Below, piece by piece: positions 60,521-64,000 of a stretch of 64,000 bases of DNA; the stretch's first letter is position 1, and the number at the start of each line of letters is the position of its first letter. Under the pieces are notes generated by a model that was not told the origin of the DNA, did not search any database, and saw only the letters and a program-made list of their open reading frames with translations. The DNA is taken from positions 804,244 through 868,243 of the forward strand of contig WELA01002258.1 in NCBI GenBank assembly GCA_009602735.1, given 5' to 3'. This DNA is from Mesotaenium endlicherianum (lineage: Eukaryota). The position numbers and the translations under genes are program-made.

Positions 60521-62560
60521 CTATTCTTTGGGTGCAGGTGGGGGCTTTCCGCCCTCATCCTGGCCCTCAAGCTTTTCTGCCTGATTCTTAGGAGGTGGGG
60601 TAGCGGGCTTTGCAGCTTGCTCCTTCATTGCCATAGGCTCTGCAGCCTGTTTCCTAGGCTTTTTACCTTTCCCAATGACACGTTGCCTCTCCTGCGGTGA
60701 GGTGTACGTTAGGCGCCTCCAAATGGGTTGCCTCAGGAACATTTCCTCGTCGACTGCAGTCCAACTGGTCCCGGTTCCTCCTTCTTCACGTGGCCGAGGT
60801 TGGTTTGCCATTGGCCAACCTGCAGGATCTGTCCTAGGGCTGATTACCCAGCCCTACTCTTGCTCAATAATAGCCATGCGGGCGGCAGTCGTGCCATACT
60901 CCTCCCTTGCAGGTGGTGTGTTCGTCCATGCTTGCGTCAACGTTTGCGGCCTTTGAGGTGCCGCTAGTTGTGCGAGGAAAGCATCGTCTGTTGCGGTTAA
61001 GCGCCTGATGGTGTTTCTTAGATCCATCAATTCCTATTCTGGGATTGCAGATGTCATGGGAGCAGGTGCCTCCGGCCCCTGCATCCTAAGATCTGATAGT
61101 TGCAGCAAGGGCGTGTTAATGCCTGGCGGCATACTTATGCCCAATGCCATTGCCCTGCAAATCAAGCCGTCCTCTCCCTCTCTCTGCGGAATTTCCCGCA
61201 GAGGCGGAGGAGGTGGGGCTGTGGTTCCTCGCGGAATGCCCTCTCTCTGAGCCTTCCCCTTATGCTTGACATATCGCTTTAGCATCCTCCTTAAAGATGC
61301 GTTACCCTCACGGGCCACCTTCCTTGGTCTGCTTGCACGACTCTCGGGCTTACCTTGGGCTGTCTCCACTTTAGCAGTGCAGGCAGTCACCTCTTGCCGT
61401 TGCGGCGGTCGTACTGTTGACTTGGGCTCTGCCACTGACAAACTGGCAGTAGGGGTACGGGATGTTAGTGACCTAAGTTCTTCATAAAGATCTGCCGGGT
61501 GTGGTCCCATCAGGTGGTCAGCTACCCAGTCGTCTGTCCTCAACTCCTGTAAGTCAAGCGGATCCAACTCTGGCGTAGGAAAACGTGGAATTTCTTCCCT
61601 GGCGTCCCCTCCATTGTTGAGTGATGGCAACTCCAACTTTGAGAGGCCTTGCATCTCTGCATCCTCTCCCTCCTCTGGCTTCTCAGTTCCAGCAGACGGT
61701 GATTCTTCATCCCCTCGTGTGTTGAGCCTCACCATGTTGATGATGGCTGACTGTAGAGCGAGAGCTGCTTTTGCCACTTTCTCTTCCTTGAGGCAAGGGG
61801 CGTCTGCTTCCAGCAATTGCTCCATGACTTGCCTGGTGATCGACTCACCTGTGCTGCTAACTGTGTCTTGTGGTTGCCCTTTGGCTTCTGGCTCTGAGCT
61901 CATCAGAACAAGTATAGCGGGCAATCTCTTGACCGTCTCCTTCCTGCGTTCTTCAAAAATCACCACCAGACAAATGGTCTTTCCAGACCCTCCTGAATTT
62001 CCTGAATTCTGACTGCATTCTTCGGCCCATTTGCCAATATTGCACTGGCGTTCTTCATATCTTGACGTTACCGCGTCTGGGGATGGGCTTCCGTAGACCT
62101 GGTCTGGGGTCATATTTCGTAACGCAGAAGAGGTAATGTCTTCCCATTCCGGCGCCCTCACAAATATTTGGCTGGAGCGTTCTGCAGATAATGGGGCCTC
62201 CTGTGATTTGCTTACTGCAGCGCTCCCCAAAGGGTTTGCTGCACCAGTTGCCTGGTCTTCCATGGCTACGTCTTCTCGCAGCCTTCGCAGCTCTCTTTCC
62301 AGAGGGTCGTGTAGAGCCGCCATCCGATTGTCAATTTGCGCCAATAGGTCTTGACACCTGGTCAGCTCCACCACTCTGGTTTCTCTGAGTGTTTCTTCTT
62401 GGTCAGCCTCAGCTGCGTCCCTTTCAATACTATGTTCTTTTTGTCGCCAATGCGCTTCTTTGATAGCTCTCTGATCAGAGGTTGGCATCGCATGGACTCC
62501 AATCGTTATTGGTCTCGGCCTGGGCATAGGCTTGTCCGAGAACGTCATCTGCTGCCAAGT
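60521..62560 (-). pseudogene. Long linker of unknown function between DNMT and RT
   Basis: The 523-aa open frame 61034-62605 continues from DNMT motif X. Charged, coiled-coil-like and Pro-rich segments. Confidence 0.7.
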
Positions 62561-63390
62561 CATAATCGTCTCCACCAACCATGTCATGGAGTGATGCCCA
62601 ATCATATTGCCGAATATCTTCCCAGCGTTGTCCTATCCCACCATTGCAACAATTTCTTGTGCAATGGAGTTGGGTATCCCCAGGCACCTTCCCTTCTCTT
62701 CAGCTGTCGGCTCTCTCTACTGAGCTTCTCTGTCGTGCGCATTCTTGACCATTCCTGGTCCTCCATTCACGAATGCGCCGCGTAATCTCCTCCATCTCCC
62801 TCAGGACTTCAATGGACATGCCGTTGGTCCAAAATAGTCTCGCCCGGTGTGAGAGTCCTCTGTCCCTGGCGTGATTGATCAATACATGATGACCCAGGGT
62901 GGAGTCGAAGACCAGCCATGGATGTCCTAGCTTCATCTGGTTATACTCCATCCCTGGATGTCCATTCTCAATCACAAACACTGGTGGGAAGGGATGCTGG
63001 CGTTCCCGCAGCATGCTGATGATTCTCACCATCCATCCCCAGTGTCGTGCTCGCGGGTCATTGAATCCCCTCCTGTTTCCAGCTTGCGAGAAAGGTTGAC
63101 AAGGGAATCCCGCAAAGATCCAGTCAATCCTGTAACCATACAGGTCCTCAAACTTCACATCGAGAATGTTCCCTCCAGCAAGACGCACTAACTTAGAATC
63201 AGTAGGAACCAACGCCTTGAAATGGTACATTTGCCGCATCAGACTCATGACCTCCTTAAATGCTGTGAAAGCACCCGCATCATTGTCCACATACAGCACT
63301 TTGGATACCTGGATACCTCGCTGAATCAGTGAGATGGTTCCAGAACCAAGTCCGGCAAACAATTCCAGCACTACTACTCCTCTCCTTCGA
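62560..63390 (-). pseudogene. C5-cytosine DNA methyltransferase domain within pol
   Basis: Motif I VLELFAGLG, II YVDND, III GNILDV, IV AGFPCQPFSQAG, V DPRAR, VI FVIENG, VIII HRARLFWTN. After a frameshift: IX REPTAEEKGRCLGIP and X KIFGNMI. Confidence 0.92.
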
Positions 63391-63689
63391 AAAGGATCCT
63401 CCATCCTCACAATGCCTTGCGGCAGCGGGTCTACTCCAGGCATCAAATTGGCAGCAGACTTAACTGGATAGGGAACTGGCAGCAGCTCTTGCGGGCCACG
63501 GTCCCTGTTACTCACAGCTTCCAGTTGCTCCATAATCCGAGGTTGCCAAACCAAGGGAGTCGGCATGTTGACGCTGGTGTAGCCCTCCTCTTCGCGTTGC
63601 ATGATGAGGTCATAATGGCTTGGATACCGGTCATTCACACAACAGTCTAGCAGTCCGTAGTTTGCTTCTCCCGAGCAAACCATTTTTAC

Positions 63690-64000
63690 AGGAATTTCTC
63701 CTGTCGGCTGCCGATCTGTCGACTGGTAAGTCACCCTCTGCTTCCGCAGGTCGATGACCATACCCAGGGGAATCAAAGCTTCTGTCCCCAAGAGACCATC
63801 ATAGTTCTCTGCCTCTGTCACCGTGCATTCTATGAGCAGTGACGCCTCCTTAGGTTTCCCAAAGTTAACTGTGATTTTTACAGGCTTGCGGGTAATTCCA
63901 CAAGACTTTGAAATCAGCCCAGATGCAGTCCTCAATTGAAAAGGACTTTGTTTCAGGTCCCTTGCCGTCAATCCTTGAGCTTTCACAGCTCGCTTTCCCA
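63690..64000 (-). CDS. C-terminal half of a retroviral-type aspartic protease, in frame with the DNMT
   Basis: LRTASG flap and YDGLLGTEAL..LGMVIDL motif. The catalytic Asp lies beyond the window. Confidence 0.75.

Larger units (their letters stand above)
55543..64000 (-). mobile_element. Gypsy retrotransposon encoding a C5 DNA methyltransferase and PHD finger (5' part beyond the window)
   Basis: Order PR-DNMT-linker-RT-RH-IN-PHD on one strand. PPT GAAAGGGAGGGG directly before the 3' LTR. Confidence 0.9.

Noticed and set aside
62700..63986. Bacterial restriction-modification methylase or contamination
   Set aside because: It is fused in frame to retroviral protease-like sequence, colinear with RT and IN, and has no endonuclease partner.

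Overview
Eukaryotic, repeat-dense window, probably from a streptophyte or green alga (inferred from the tRNA-Met primer sites, chromoviruses and a PAT-like element). It is almost entirely nested transposons, and no intact host gene can be confidently called. Left half (1-33.3 kb): a degraded Gypsy pol (E, + strand) abuts a DNA transposon. That transposon's RAG1/Transib-like transposase is split by three LTR elements (D, C, B). B in turn carries an intact chromovirus (A2, 21460-28139, TSD TTGTC). B and C encode an extra 3' ORF of unknown family. Middle: a PAT-like tyrosine-recombinase retrotransposon (35924-47512) holds a full-length Copia (36534-41730, TSD AGATG). It sits in the left arm of a ~1 kb inverted repeat that encloses a GC-rich repeat block and a possible small gene. 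Right end (55543-64000, - strand): the most notable element, a Gypsy whose pol has a C5-cytosine DNA methyltransferase between protease and RT and a duplicated PHD finger after the integrase. It is pseudogenised and interrupted by a family-A solo LTR. All domain calls are by-eye motif recognition; no searches were run.
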